NCBI GenBank assembly: GCA_964016885.1
Contig: OZ024742.1
Span: 297,228,001 to 297,292,000 of the forward strand
Length of the DNA stretch: 64,000 nucleotides
Reading direction: 5' to 3'
From: Eledone cirrhosa
Lineage: Eukaryota
Shown here: piece after piece, positions 49,066-63,400 of the stretch
How the letters are laid out: every line of letters begins with the position of its first letter
How positions within the stretch are numbered: position 1 is the first letter of the stretch
The notes under the pieces: model-generated
What the model was told of the DNA's origin: nothing
The model's input: only the letters and a program-made list of their open reading frames with translations
Database searches by the model: none
Program-made: the position numbers and the translations under genes

Positions 49066-52000
49066 TTTGATTCTCAGTCATTGATGTTAGTTAACTGGAA
49101 AGTTTGTTGACATGAATATCAAGCCACTACCTGCAGCCTCAGATATTCAGGACGTATCGTAGGGTTCTTACTGTTCCCAGCAAGCTTGCCCTTTGAAGTG
49201 TTCCAAAAAGCGTGAAGGGGCCAATTTTCTTTAACCAACTCTGGAAACTCCTTGAGATAGTACCTAGTGCGTCTATGACAATCGGGACCACTTTGACTTC
49301 ATGGCAGTTCCAGATCCTTTTAACTACCACTTTAAGTCCGGGTATCGGTTAATTTTCTCCCTCTCCTTCTCTTGCACTCTCGTGTCGAATGGGCAGGCCA
49401 CATCCACAATCAGGCACGATCTTTTTTCCTTGTCCAAAACCACAAGGTCAGGTCTATTGTGTTCCAGTTTCTTGTCTGTCTGTATCCTAAAATCCCACAG
49501 CACCTTCACCTGATCGTTTTCTATCACCGACTCTGGCTTATGCTCATACCACTTCTCAGAATGTGGTAAATTGTTTACTTTGCATAGGTACCAATGGATC
49601 ACCCTGCCCATCACATCATGTTTCCAGCCTTTATAGTGAATCTGGGCTAGGTGTTTACACTCGGATACAATGTGAGCCACAGTCTCCTCTCTCTCTCCAC
49701 AGATCCTGCACAGTGGACTAGCCTCCTCTTCTGCAGCCTTTTTAAGGTCTCCTCTTTCAACCAGTTCCATGTCTGTGGATCTCTGAATTCCATTTTCTCA
49801 AAGAAGGTACTATGAAGAGATTTTTCATGAAGGCTGCTCTTTCTCCTTGTTATTTCCTCCTTGGACATCCCCTGGTCTATTGTCCTCTCCTTCAGTACAA
49901 TTCTGAGCATTGGCTCCTTACTATCGGTCACGTATTTGTGTAGGTTGTTTTTCTCCATCTGAACACAGTCCTCTATGCTGATAAGACCTCTTCCACCTTC
50001 AGATCTCCTTAAGTAGAGTCTATCGACATCACTCCTCTTGTGGAACATGTTGTTGATAGTCAATAGCTTCCTAGTCTTCCTATCCATTTATTTTTGTTCA
50101 GCAACATTCCATCTCAGAATTCCCGCACTGTACCTAATAATAGACACAGCTTGGGAATTTACTGCACTTATGGAATTCCTACTGTTCAGATGTGACTTTA
50201 ATACGCTCCTTACGCTCCGAATGTATTCAGATCTTATCAATTCCTTCATTTTTTTGTTCTTGATGTCATCAGCCTCCAGAACACCCAAATACTTGTATCC
50301 TTCTTCAGTGTCAATTTCCTTTATCATCTCACCTGTTGGTACATGGATTCCGTTGCTTCTGCTCAATTTACCCCCTCTTCATCACAAGGACTCCACACTT
50401 ACTAATACCAAATTGTATACAAATATCATTGGTGAAAATGCGGACAGTGTCAACAAGCACATCCAACTCCTTCTCACTCTTCCCGAAGAGCTTAAGATCA
50501 TCCATGAAGAGGAGGTGATTGATGGTAAGCTCTCCCTTTCCCAACTTGTATCCTGCTCTCACCTTTCGCAGTATAATGGTCAGGGGCATCAAGGCAAGGA
50601 TAAACAACAGAGGGAACAGACTATCTCCCTGGAAGATACCTCTCTTGATCATCACGCCTCCCAAGGATTCTCCAGCTGATGATAACTCTTTTTTCCAGGA
50701 CTTCAGACTTTTGCTCAAGAACTGTCTGATGTTATCAGCCACCCTGAAGATCTCTAGGCTTTTGGTGATCCAAGAATGAGGCACCATGTCAATGCCTTTT
50801 TGTAGTCTATCCATCCCATGACAAGACCAGTGTGTCTCCTCTTGCAATTCCTCATTACCATCTTATCAATAAGTAACTAGTCCTTTGTACCACGGGACTT
50901 CTTTCGGCATACTTTCTGTTCGTCCGGTAACAAGTTGTTTGTGTGGAGGTGATGGTAGATTTCCTCAGACACAATGCTTGTTAACAGTTTCCACATTACG
51001 GACAGACATGTGATAGGTCTATAGTTGGTAACATCATTACCCTTGATTCGGTCTTTCATTACCAGGGCTGTGGTACCTTTTGTCAACCACTGCACACCTT
51101 CTGGGCCCGGTGATTTCCAGTTGGCTATTTCTTTGGCCTGCCCTTTAACAGTTTCAGCTGTGATACTCAAATCAGGTTGTTGGTGTGCTTGTTCACTAAT
51201 CTCCTTTTGAACTGTCTTAATCCACACTGCCTGACTATTATCTTCAACATCCTGCTCCCATATTCCTCTCCGGAATGTTTTAGTCTGTTCAGCTTCATGT
51301 ATCACCTTGTTACCTCTTTCTTTCCCTTCAAGATGTTCAAACATCTTCTGATTGTTGTCAAACAATGTGATTCTGTCTATACTGACTGACACTGTTCTCA
51401 TACTGCCTAATCTTTACACTTTTTGGTACTATACTTTGCTTCAGTTCCTCTATGATAACATTTAGCTCTTTTCCCTCAGATTTGTATTTTATTTTCAATC
51501 TATCTTTAGTGTCTATGTTTTGTAATGTCTCGTTTAGTAAAGACTAAAGCTTTCCAATTACTTTTCTCATTTCCTTGATTTGACCATTCAGTCGTTTCTT
51601 CCACCAGGTTTCTGATCTGTCTTGTTTGTTGTTTCCTCTCGTTTTTATACCAAGTAATGTTTTCACTACATTTGCGGTTGCTTTGAGGATATTGTTGCAT
51701 TGGTGAAAGTTCCTCACCTCAAGGTATGGGATGACCTTGTTTAACTTAGCTGTCGTTTCTTTTAACTTTTTCCTGTCTACAAATCTTAGGTTCATAGGCT
51801 TTCCACTATCATTGTTCATTTCATCTACCACAAAGTTCAGAATATCAACAAAATCTTGCCCTAGCCCGCCAGCATTCATTTCCTCAATGGCCATATCTTT
51901 GTTCCAGATGTTATTTATTTCAGCATTCAGATCATTGTCTGCTTCGGTTGCTTCCTCAGGTCTCTCAACCTCTTCAGCTTCATTTACCACTGGCTCATTT

Positions 52001-52400
52001 GCCTGATATACTCCACTCTCCATTTCCAACTCAATCTCTCTGCTCAGTTCCTCCAGTTCCAAGTCGCTTATCCATCCATTAGTTCTTATTACACAAGCCT
52101 GACCAGCCAATTTTTGTTCGCCTAATTTAAATAGACCAATCTCGTTTCCTATAGCCTTTTTCCATGGGGATACTCTTCAGGTAACATTTCATGACAGTTC
52201 TATTCAATCTTTCGTCCAGTTGGTTCTTGTTCCATTCCTTCTTCTTCCTCCAACACAAGCAGTATTTGGATGACAGCCAGGTCCCTGCTGCTGGGCCAGG
52301 GAGCACTTGCTAGGTGAGCGTCTTTCACATGACGTTCCAGTCTCCTTTTCACCATTATTCGAACTGTTTAGTTTCGACATTTAAACACTCATATCGAGGA
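49065..52400 (-). mobile_element. Decayed R4/Dong-clade non-LTR retrotransposon (RT + restriction-like endonuclease)
   Basis: NYRPITCL, GIFQGDSL.PLLF, HLLFMDDLKLF, YKYLG, CRICG..ETVAHIVSEC, RPDLVVLD..IVDVACP..EK..RY.DL; probable ATG at 52380, stop at 49139; 3' end abuts (TAA)n. Confidence 0.92.
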
Positions 52401-52881
52401 TTAGTAAAGTTACAGTTGCATCACCACCGGTGTTTTTAGAGTGACAACATCATGTTGAAAACAAAAGAAAATAAATAAATAAATAAATAAGTTTCGGGGC
52501 AATTTATGTGACATTTATCTATTGTTATTTTTGTGCTGTTTTTAATGTTTTCCTAATGTGAATCCTGTTTATAAGTTATTATTTTTATCTTACGGAGTTT
52601 ATAAAACGGAGCCCCAGCAACACCCTGGGATAATTGCTGGCCCTGTGGCAAAAGCAGAAACAACCACCATCATCATCAGCATCTACAATTTATGGTCTGA
52701 GCACAAATCCTACCGAGGTCAATTGTTGGCCCTGTGCCATAAGCAGATGCAATTATTATCATCATCAGCATCTGCCATTTATTGTCCTAACACAAATCCA
52801 GCCGAGGTCAACCCTGCTCCTCACTTCTACGGGGTCAACAAGACAGAGCACCAGCAATCCATTATTATTATCATTATTATG

Positions 52882-53024
52882 AATTGGCAGTTACGGCCCT
52901 TTCCATTCTGAGTTCAAATCCCGCCGAGGTCAACTTTGCCTTTCATCCTTACGGGGTTGATAAAATAAAGTACCAGTAATGTACTGGGTAATTGCTGGCC
53001 TTGTGCCAAACGTAGAAACATTTA
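52882..53024 (+). mobile_element. tRNA-derived SINE (MetaSINE-like core), internally deleted head
   Basis: Same family as 27003-27180. Confidence 0.85.
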
Positions 53025-53027
53025 TTA

Positions 53028-55215
53028 CACTGGTCTGCATTTCAAAACTTTTTTTAAAAGGTCAAGGGTTTTCCAAATGATTTAGGACCCTTTTTGCATG
53101 CTGAATTCAAAAATACAATTTATTTTTCTGGGTCAGGTCTGGTTTCTAAGATATAGTCTATTTCTTTTCCAGCATATTTTTCTAAAATATCGCAATCCAA
53201 GCGTTTATGGGCTTTGCTTTTGCAAAACCGAGTCGTGGGTAACCTTTAATAATTATTTTTATTTCTCTTTTCACGTCTAGAAACATGGATCGGAAGTGTA
53301 AAAACCATCCTAATAGGTTCTGTTACATCTGCGGACATGTGGTTCTTCCAGACCGTCAAGCAAAAATCACGGATTTTGTGAAGAAGGCATATCACGCTTA
53401 CTTTGGAGTCAAACTAGGGGACCAGGATAAGCTATTCGCTCCCCATATCTGCTGCAAAACATGTGTAGAGAACTTACGGGATTGGAGGAACAAGAAAAGG
53501 AAGAGTATGCCATTTGGTGTCCCAATGGTGTGGAGGGAAGGGAAAGATCACGTTACCGACTGCTACTTTTGCATGACAAATCTAAAAGGCATCAATCGCA
53601 AGAACAAGCACCATGTTCAATACCCTGATGTTCCTTCTGCCATAAAGCCAGTCCCCCATGGCCCCGATCTTCCTGTTCCTGAGCCAAATGTTACCATGGA
53701 ATCTAGTTCTGATTCCGAATCTAGTGACATGATTGATACAGCTAAGTGTGATGAATACAGGTCAGAAGAGGACGACCAACTGGTGCCTTTGACCCAAGCC
53801 GAACTCAATGACCTGACACGAGACCTGAACCTTTCGAAGGAGTCTACTGGGTTCTTGTCTTCGAGAGAAACGTCTACTGGCGCCAGGAACAACATTCTAT
53901 TATTGGTATCGGGACCGCGAGAGAGAATTTAGAAAATTCTTCATGTTTGATGAAGCATCTTCACTGGTCTACTGTAGCAATATTGCTGACCTGATTGAAT
54001 TACTTGGTCTGAAGTATGATGTTATGGAATGGAGACTTTTCATTGACTCATCTAACAGAAGTCTCAAAGCAGTTCTTCTGAATATCGGAAACAAGTTTTC
54101 ATCGATCCCTGTTGGGCACTCAGTTGAAATGAAAGAATCCCACAAAAGCATGGAACGTCTGTTGTCTGCTCTGAACTACCAGAAACATAAATGGTTGATC
54201 TGTGGAGATCTTAAAGTTGTTGGACGCATCCTAGGACTTCAAGGTGGTTACACAAAGTATCCATGCTTTCTGTGCTTATGGGATAGCCGTGCTGATGACC
54301 AGCATTATGTCAGACAAGAGTGGCCATTAAGACAAGGATTAAAACCTGGATCACACAACGTTTTGTCCCACCCTCTGGTTGAACCGAGCAAGATATTGCT
54401 TCCAACCCTCCACATCAAACTCGGTCTCATGAAGAACTTTGTAAAGGCATTGGACCGGGAAGGTGGAGGATTTGCTTTCCTCCATCAGAAGTTTCAACGA
54501 AAAAGCATGGAGAAAATTAAGGCAGGTATATTTGATGGTCCTCAAATAAGGGAACTCATCAAGGATACTAGTTTTGATGATGCACTGAATCCTGCTGAAC
54601 TCTCTTCCTGGTTGTCCCTAAAGTCAGTCATTGCAAACTTCCTTGGCAACCACAGAAGTTCCCAGTATCAGAAGGTGGTTGATGAGTTAATGGAGAATTT
54701 CCGCCAACTTGGTGCGCGCGTGTCAGTGAAAATGCACTTCCTCCGGTCTCATCTGGACTATTTTCCAGAGAATTGTGGAGACTTCAGTGAAGAACATGGT
54801 GAGCGATTTCACCAAGATATCAGTGTTATGGAGGAACGCTATCAAGGCCGATGGGATGTCAACTTTCTGGCCGACTACTGCTGGTGCCTAAAGAGGGATG
54901 CGCAGTCTGCTCAGCACAAACGGAAGTCCCTGAAGAGACCATTCATCCATGAGTAGCTTCCTTAGTTCATTATACTCTTCTTGCTATCTATTCAAAATAT
55001 TTTGTAAGCCTTCTGTGAATAAATCAGTCTAATATTTTCAATATTGCGTTTTACTCACCTACAAATAGATCGGAATTTAGGATATTTTTAATGTGCTAAT
55101 ATTTCATTAACCTGATCTGATTGAGTAAAATGAGCATGATTTTTGGATTCAGTGCAAAAAACTGGCCTAAAATCATGTATTATATGTTAGACCTTGAAAA
55201 CATCGCAGACCAGTG
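53028..55215 (+). mobile_element. Chapaev3-type (CMC superfamily) DNA transposon, complete
   Basis: Termini CACTGGTCTGC...GCAGACCAGTG; TTA duplication at 53025-53027 and 55216-55218; similar subterminal regions; internal transposase. Confidence 0.88.
53285..54956 (+). pseudogene. Chapaev3-like transposase with one frameshift near 53845
   Basis: N-terminal Cys-rich finger FCYICG..CCKTC..H..DCYFC; WRLFIDSS, CGDLKVV, CFLCLW, LHIKLGLMKNFVKAL, GERFHQDI; the frame of 53943-54956 is open back to ~53848. Confidence 0.88.
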
Positions 55216-55221
55216 TTATTA

Positions 55222-55398
55222 ATTGGCAGTATCGGTAGAGGGTCGGATATGCTTTCCAGCATAGTTACGTCCCTTTACGATCTGAGTTCAAATCCCGCCA
55301 AGGTTAACTTTGCCTTTCATCCATACGGGGGTCGATAAAATAAAGTACCAGTAATGTACTGAGTATTTGCTGGCATTGTGCCAAAAGAAGAAACAATT
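55222..55398 (+). mobile_element. tRNA-derived SINE (MetaSINE-like core)
   Basis: Same family; ends in (TTA)n. Confidence 0.88.
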
Positions 55399-55689
55399 AT
55401 TATTATTACTAGCATAAAAACCACCCTTCAGACGATATTATATATAAACTGCAACATATTATTACTAGCATAAAAACCACCCTAAAAGACGATATTATAT
55501 ATAAACTGCATTAGGAGAAAATTAGTGACAGAAAATTAGTATGTTCATTTAAGCGATGGCCAACAGGAAGTGTTGACTTTTCAGAAATTTTAAAGAAGTG
55601 AATCTTTAAATAAACAAAATATATTTAATCAACAGCCACGAAATTTAGTAGATAAATTATGTAATATTCATTATTTATTCAAAGTAATA

Positions 55690-56060
55690 GGGCAGTGGTT
55701 TGGCAGTATCGGTAGAGTGTCAGACACCATATTTGCAGTATAGTTATGGCCCTTTGCGTTCTGAGTTCAAATCCGCCGAGGTTAACTTTGCCTTACGAGG
55801 TTGATAAAATAAAGTACCAGTTGTGCAGTGGGGTAATCGCTGGCCTTGTGCCAAAAGTAGAAACAAGGGGCGGTGGATTGGCAGTATCGGTAGAGGATCG
55901 GACGCCATGCTTTGCAGCAAAGAGTTACGGCCCTTTACGGTCTGAGTTCAAATCCCGCCGAGGTTAACTTTGCCTTTCATCCTTACGGGGTCGATAAAAT
56001 AAAGTACCAGTAATACACTGGGATAATTTCTGGCCTTGTGCCAAAAGTAGAAACAATTAT
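55690..56060 (+). mobile_element. Two head-to-tail tRNA-derived SINE copies
   Basis: Units ~55690-55866 and ~55868-56058; ttattcaaagtaat occurs on both sides (55675-55688, 56062-56074). Confidence 0.88.
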
Positions 56061-57342
56061 TTATTCAAAGTAATCCAACTTATTTTACTAATGGGATAAA
56101 AAATTATAAACCATACGCACCTTACTTTATTATAGTTTAGCTAATTATATATTGAGTATTTGCAGTACAGAGAGACCATAAATAGTACTTGATACATAGT
56201 ATGAGGCAGAATGTGTATATTATTGAGGTAGAGGAAAGACTGTGATACAATAAAATGTTCTTACAAAGCACTGTAAAGTGGTTGACATTCATGCCAAATA
56301 TGGAATGTATGAGCAAAGTGTATTATCCAAACCATCTTGTCTCAGGCAGTGATGACCCATCAAACCCTTGCTAGCATGGAAAGTAGAACTAAAATGATTG
56401 TAATAATGATGATGAAATATATAACCTTAGAAAGTTAAACCTCAATTGTTTAAATGAGAGAGGCAGAGTGTAAACTGTAAAGAAATAATTAGTGTAACTT
56501 TCTGTAAAATTCTTATCATTTTTTTCATGAAACTGTTGTTTTTACATGTCGTAAGAGGCAAATGATATATTGGCAATATATAGAGCATCTAACTATTAAC
56601 TATAAAACGATGCTTCAGGAGAGTCCTTATGTGGAGTTTGAAGCTTGCCAAGGATGCAACATAATTAGCAACAGTTTTAGTAGGAAAAATGGTCTTCAAA
56701 CACATTTTGTTGTTGTTGTATCAATATTATGAATACATAACTTCCTCTTCTGAAGCTTATATGGATGGTATATAAACCCAAGGGTTCTCTGTATAGTCTA
56801 TCAAGAGTTTCAATGTAAAATAAGTGATAGGCTTACAAGTATATGTTGCAATATCTGTGACAGTTACATCCTTGCTATAAGCAATTTAGCAGAAGTTTGG
56901 AAATATTCAAGTTTACTTTGAAAACAAATATATTTATTCACAAATTTATTTGTTAGATGATTTTATCAATATATCTTCTGTAGATAAAATATACTCCAGC
57001 ATGAGTATAAAAAAACTTTCCTAGAGAACTCTATTAGCTGTACACACATGCTTAAAAATTAATGCATACTCAGCTATTCTTAAGTAACCAAACCTAGTCG
57101 TTGTATTACTGCTAAATCTGTTTATGTCTTACTCAAGGTCATCATTTGATGTTCTACAACAAGCATTTCTCTACCAATTATCAATGACATCAACTTACTA
57201 CCAAGTTATTAGGAAATAAATGAATTATACTTTTATTCACACACAATGTACATGCATATATACACACACATATATGTAAACACATGCACTCATACACACC
57301 CACATATATATATATATACACACACACATGTTCTACACATGC

Positions 57343-57383
<41 letters not shown>

Positions 57384-59214
57384 CACACACACACATATAT
57401 ACACATACACACACACATATGTACATATATACACACATACAGACACATATATACATATACAGATATACACAGAGACATACACATATACACACATGTTCTA
57501 TTGTGGCAATGTTATAGGAATAGATCAAACTCACACAAAAATATCAAATAATATAGACACACCTTTTGTCAATGCATCTGATGTTATATAAATTCAAGCA
57601 TAATATAAGAGAAATCAAATGTGTGTAAGAGTAAAGATTGCACTGGTATGAACACGTGTATGGATAATGATCATTGTGTGACTAAGTAACAAAATGTCCC
57701 AATGGAAGAAAGCTGATGAGGAAGATATGGGATGCTGAACCTTCCAGAGAAGACAAAGAAACACAAGAATTGTAGGGATGATGTGCTAGAGAAGTTCTGT
57801 CGAACCCATGCAAGCATGGAGAGGTAGATGTAAAATTGATGATGGTGATTATGATGCCAACGAAAATGATGATAGTGGTGGTGGTGGTGGTGGTGGTGAG
57901 GTGATGATGATGATGATGAGGATGATGATGATGATGATGAGGAGGAGGAGTAGGAGGAGGATTGATGATGAATATTACAATGCATGTGAATGTACATGTA
58001 GAAATTAAAATGGATCGCCATCAGTCTCAACAATATATGTTCCAGTTGTTCTATCAACAGAACTACCCAATGCTTAAATTAATGTTTAGTGGTTGAGTAT
58101 ACCACAGACACGTGTACTCTCAACCTAATATTCTGGGAGGTTCATCATGACACAGTTTATGACTAGACCAATTATATGAATTACTGCTACAGTCCATCCA
58201 ACAGGCTTACACACAATTTCTATCTGACCAATTTTACTAAAAATGCTGGGGTTAGCCCAAAGCTACAGAAGAAATGCCACACAGTGGGGTCAAACCTGGA
58301 ACTTCATAATTGAGAAGAAAACTTCTAAATCAATTGGCTATGGTGCATCCAACACATACATGTAAATCTCTGTTATATAAATAGATTCACCTGATGTACC
58401 CCTTCCATACACATGCACACATGTGTATATCATAACTCATGCACTGTTCATTTTCCTGACATTTGTACATTACCCTATGTACTATACATACACTTTTTGA
58501 TGAATTGTAGTGCACCTGAGCACCGTACACAATATTTTCATTATTATTATTATATATATATTTTACAATTCATAGCCTCTAGAGCTTCTCTGAATCGGTG
58601 TCTTAATTAATTGAAATTATTGTGACTCTCCTAAGTTAGAACCTACTTAAATATTGGCTCCTTACACAAAAGGAAACTCTAGGAAATTGTTCCCTCTCAA
58701 TACATTTTCCACTGAAAATTGTAGTTTTGTGTCCATATTAGAAATCATTGTTTTAAATATATTAATCTATTCAATATGCCATAATATATATCCCTGGCTT
58801 CAATGATAAAAATAATTTACTTCTACAACATCAAAGTAAAATTTACAGTGGCATTAACCTTTTATTAGGTGACACCAAAGAATTGCCATAGTTAAATTAA
58901 AAAAAACCACCAAGTATTAAAAAATAATATAACATTTTAAGTGTTTTTTTATGTGAGTTATATATACAGTACTTAATTACATATCTAAAACACAATAAAA
59001 TAAATTAAATAAATTTAAGAAATGACTGAAACTACCAAAATAGAATATTTTATTCATTTTAATTTGAAAATAAACGATATTTGTTGTGCAATGTTGGTTT
59101 AGAAAAAGAATTTGCCACAGCCACTGCCTTCTCTCCCTCTCTCCTTCTACACTCTCTCCACCACCTCTCTCTCCCTCCCTCCTCACACACTATCTACTTT
59201 CCATTATGACATGA

Positions 59215-59350
59215 GAGTTACGACCCTTTATGATCTGAGTTCAAATCCTGCTGAGGTTACCTTTGCCTTTCATCCTTACGGGGTCGATAAAATAAAGTAC
59301 CAGTAATGCACTGGGTAATTGCTGGCCTTGTGCCAAAAGGAGAAACAATT
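59215..59350 (+). mobile_element. 5'-truncated tRNA-derived SINE
   Basis: B-box, core and tail of the same family. Confidence 0.85.
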
Positions 59351-59859
59351 ATGACATGAGATTAAAAAAATATATTACTGATGGCATTGCTGCTGCTTTC
59401 AAGACCACCACTACCACCCCTCTCTCTATTTCTCTCTCTCTCTCCTTCTCTCACACCCCCTTCTCTTTCTCTCACACACTTCTTTCCATCCTCTTTCCAC
59501 AATGTGACAGACATTTTATGCCACAAATACAACTTTAATATGATAGTTATTATCACTGATTCTGTAATGAAATTATTCCCTATATGTTAGTACCCTATCA
59601 TGTGCTGATTTTATAATAAATCATTCTTTAATTTTCAGCCAGGACTTCAGCACTTTCAGAAAAATGAATAACCTTCTCCTTTTATGAAGAGTGTAATCTA
59701 CATCAACAATACATTTAATATTGTTGAACACTTTCAATGAAATCCCACTACAAGCTCTTCTTCTTTAATACTATCAAGTAACCATTTTGGTCAATTTATC
59801 TGCATAGTTAAATTCTTTATTATCTATGATGTATTATATTGACTATTCTGTGGTGCATT

Positions 59860-60130
59860 ATTTAATTATTGTGTCTTATACCCCATCCAATTATAGATAT
59901 GCTTTATAGGCTTTTGTTCAATATTCAAGATGGAGTCTAACAATAGATTTGTATACTCCAATATTACTGAGCTGAATATCAAGAGCAGAAAAAACGTGAT
60001 CATTCCTATTTTCTTTACTTTTTATCCATTCATTGATATAAAGCTCAGGGATTTATTAATTGTTGCACCAAAATCTTGCTCTTCATTTGTGGTTGAGCAG
60101 CAGTTCTTAACTTTTAACAATTGCAAGACA
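59860..60130 (-). mobile_element. Old CR1/L2-like LINE remnant
   Basis: Minus strand reads EQDFGATINKSLSF and YKSIVRLHLEY, resembling the CR1 C-terminal motifs ERDLGV..D..L.F and LVRPHLEY. Confidence 0.45.
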
Positions 60131-60951
60131 CTCTGGCAAATCCCCCATGATCCTTTTTCTTTAGATATATCGCGATGAGACATGCCTTTGATGTATTTTT
60201 TGAAAAACTTTCCTCAAATTTTGTTTGAATTAAAAACTATGCCATAATCCTAATGTTGATGACATTGTATAAAAATATTAGTGAAGATTTTACATTTTAT
60301 CTTTGCAACATGTAAGTTGATTACTGTTGTATTAGAGTGTTAGAAAGAAACAAGTCATAAGTGATTTTCTTTCATTTTTCAAAAATATCTAAATAAACTA
60401 TTGTATTAAAAACAACAACATAGTAAGTCATTTGTAAACTTATATATTTTATGAACATATTTCTTCAGTACATAAAATGGTTCAGCAGTGAGACTATAGT
60501 CTAAACGTGGGCAACATTTGATAGTCTGTCATCAACAATGATGTCAATATCGTATATTTATATTAGTAGTGCAAATGGCTAGAATGTCAGATACAATACC
60601 TTGCAGCATTTAGTTACATTCTATTTTTAGATCTTACCAAGTTCAATTTTGCCTTTTGGCATTTTGAAATAAAGTACAGATGTCAGTATAATAGAGTGTT
60701 CTCTTTCTTATAATGTATGGCTTTGTGCCAAATTTAAACATCAATAATTTATATTTATACATTTATATTTGCTGCGTGTATCCAATACACCATATCGTAA
60801 GAGGTGACTAAAAGTGTTAGAACCAAGAAGGACATCTGTCCATAAAATATTGTCTCAAAAAAGACTATGATTAGTATGAAGTCTGCCATATGCCTGTATG
60901 GTTGACCCATGCTTTAACAAGGGAAATCACCTGAGAATACGTGTTGTTTCT

Positions 60952-61536
60952 GTTAATAGATATCTGTGCATTCAAAAGGAAAGTGTGAAAATACATTTAC
61001 GCTCATGGAGATAATGAGTTATTATAGAGGAAAAACATTTGTCCTTTCCAGATATTCAAACTGACATTGGAAAAATCTGGGTTTCTAGATTTGCTCTTCT
61101 TATGGAAAGGATATGAATTACGAAATGATATCAATTTTTCTGAAACACCCTATGTATTTGAAGTGTTAGAATCCAATCTCAGAAATCGTTATAAAAAATA
61201 ATTTTTAAATTGGATAAAATATCCTTTGGAACAGAAAAGTGTGTCAAGCAGCCACTACAGAGAAACAGACTGTATCATTCATTTATATGTTTGTGTGTAT
61301 ATATCATCATCCTCTCCATCACCTTTGGGGACTTATGGAGTGGAGACTTGTGTGATGAAGGAGAGGTGTTTATATATATATATATATATAATTGAGAAAT
61401 AATTTTCATCCTAAAACAGTATCTTCTTTTGAATATCTGGAAAGGACAAATGTTTTTTCTCTATAATAACTTATCTCCTCTATGATTTTAAATTTATTTT
61501 CACACTTTTTCTTTGAATGCACAGGTATCTATTAAC
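60952..61536. repeat. Inverted repeat with ~108-bp arms (MITE-like)
   Basis: 60952-61060 mirrors 61428-61536 with substitutions. Confidence 0.75.
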
Positions 61537-63254
61537 CACAAAAACATTTAATATGGTACTTATAACACCTCCTTGAAATAAAGATATATTACATCAAAAG
61601 GGCCCTAATCTATATAATTACTAATTTGATCAACAAATTTTACGGGATTGTTTATGTATGTCTGTTGATTAGAATATTCTGGCAGTCAAGGTTGAAGAGC
61701 CTGCTTTTCGGATAATGGTATTTTTATTATTGAAATTGGGTATTAGCTCTGAATCTGACTAAGAAATTATTCCAATGGGATTCAAGTGATTTTCTTAGTA
61801 GTTCTAAATTGTGGTTGAAATTGAATTTGTTGTCTCAACCAGAAATGTCTGAAAATATGAGAATCGTTCATGGCTCATTTGTTCCAGTGTTCAAAAGGAT
61901 TAATTCCTTTGATACCAAACTGATACCCCTGGTTTTCTAATACAAAGCTGTTTAAAGTAATTATACTATTTTAAAACCTTCTATCAGAATTTGATGTAAG
62001 AATCTTTGTTAAGCTATGCTCCATACACCAGTATAATAATGAAAAAAATATCATTTTCCTAAATCACTTCAAGTATCAAATTTGTGACTTGGCCTCATTC
62101 ATTTACAGTAATTGCAAATTCCATTCTGATAGTTTCTTCCCTGACCTATGGATTTCTCTTCTGGCTTCTTGCTTTCTGATCACAAAAATTCAAAAACAAC
62201 ATCAATCGTCACTTTCTCTCTTCCTTGAATTATCTTCTCTCTGTCTTGTCCTTTCTATTCCCAATAATCCTATGCATTTTAGTGGCTTTATTGCCTTGCT
62301 TGGGGGAGAAAAAAAGTTTTGATTATTTGCAAAATCGTTTGAAAATCACTTGCAGAGTGTTTCATTATTATGAATGTGGTAATGAAAGGGTTAATATTTT
62401 GGCATTGTCTATAGATTTTCATTATTCCATATTACAGATGTAAGAATGATAAAATACAAAGCACCATATCTCAAAAGTATCTCATTTTAGTGTACTCAGG
62501 ATACTCTAGTGAAAATCTTGATTAATCTGATTTTCTGCTCATAAATCTATCTATAATTCACAATTTATAACACATTTCTCATATACAGAGCCTCTGGGTT
62601 TTTACCATTATTGATGATAAACAAAATCAGTATTATGTAAGCAGGTGTGGCTTCAATACCAAGTTGTTTATGTCATTTGAGTCACAAGATTTTTAGTTTT
62701 AGAATTTATGTTAGACCCTAGAATTTTCTCTGTTCAATAAACCAACAGCAAATTTGTATCTTCCCTTATCTTTCTATACATCTATATTATCCCTATATCT
62801 CCTACAGCAGCATGCTTCAAGTTTTGTTTCCAATGAAATACAGCTGCAAGTTTTCAGTATTGAAATGTCATTTTCAACTGTGATTTGTAGTGGTTATCAG
62901 AGTGCTGAAAGCATTACACTCATCATCTCCTCAGATATCAGAATATATAGATAATAAATTACTGGTGTATTAAGTGTATTGTTTCCATACTATACTGTAC
63001 TAAAGAATAATATCTCTATGAATGTTTAGCAATTACATGCCTACATATAGATTATTGTCTAAAAATCTATAGATATATTATGTATGCATGTATCATCCCG
63101 TAACTCCTGATAGAGATGTAGGCGTGACGTATTGATATACAGCGTTTCTTGGGCACTTTAAGGCTAGTGGAGCCCATCGCTCTACAGGCAGATTTCTTCC
63201 AGAGAATGATAGAATGTGAGAGATAGGAAATGAGAATGAGATATAGAAGAAGTA

Positions 63255-63400
63255 CTAGACTGGTACTTTTTTTATCGACCTCGAAAAGTTGAAATGCAAA
63301 GTTGACCTTGGCAGGATTTGAACTCAGAGAGCAGAGAGCTGGAACAAATTCCATAAAGCATTCTATTTGACATTCTAACGACTCTGCCATTTCGCTACCT
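63255..63400 (-). mobile_element. Diverged tRNA-derived SINE
   Basis: ctggtacttttttatcgacctc..caaagttgaccttggcaggatttgaactcaga is the reverse complement of the SINE core. Confidence 0.75.

Noticed and set aside
55407-55510. Two ~46-bp direct repeats starting actagcataaaaaccaccc
   Set aside because: Short local duplication; no termini or partner end to classify it
57671-58057. Poly-Ser/poly-His ORF
   Set aside because: Antisense of a (GAT/GGT/GAG)n tail following an RTE/SINE 3' end
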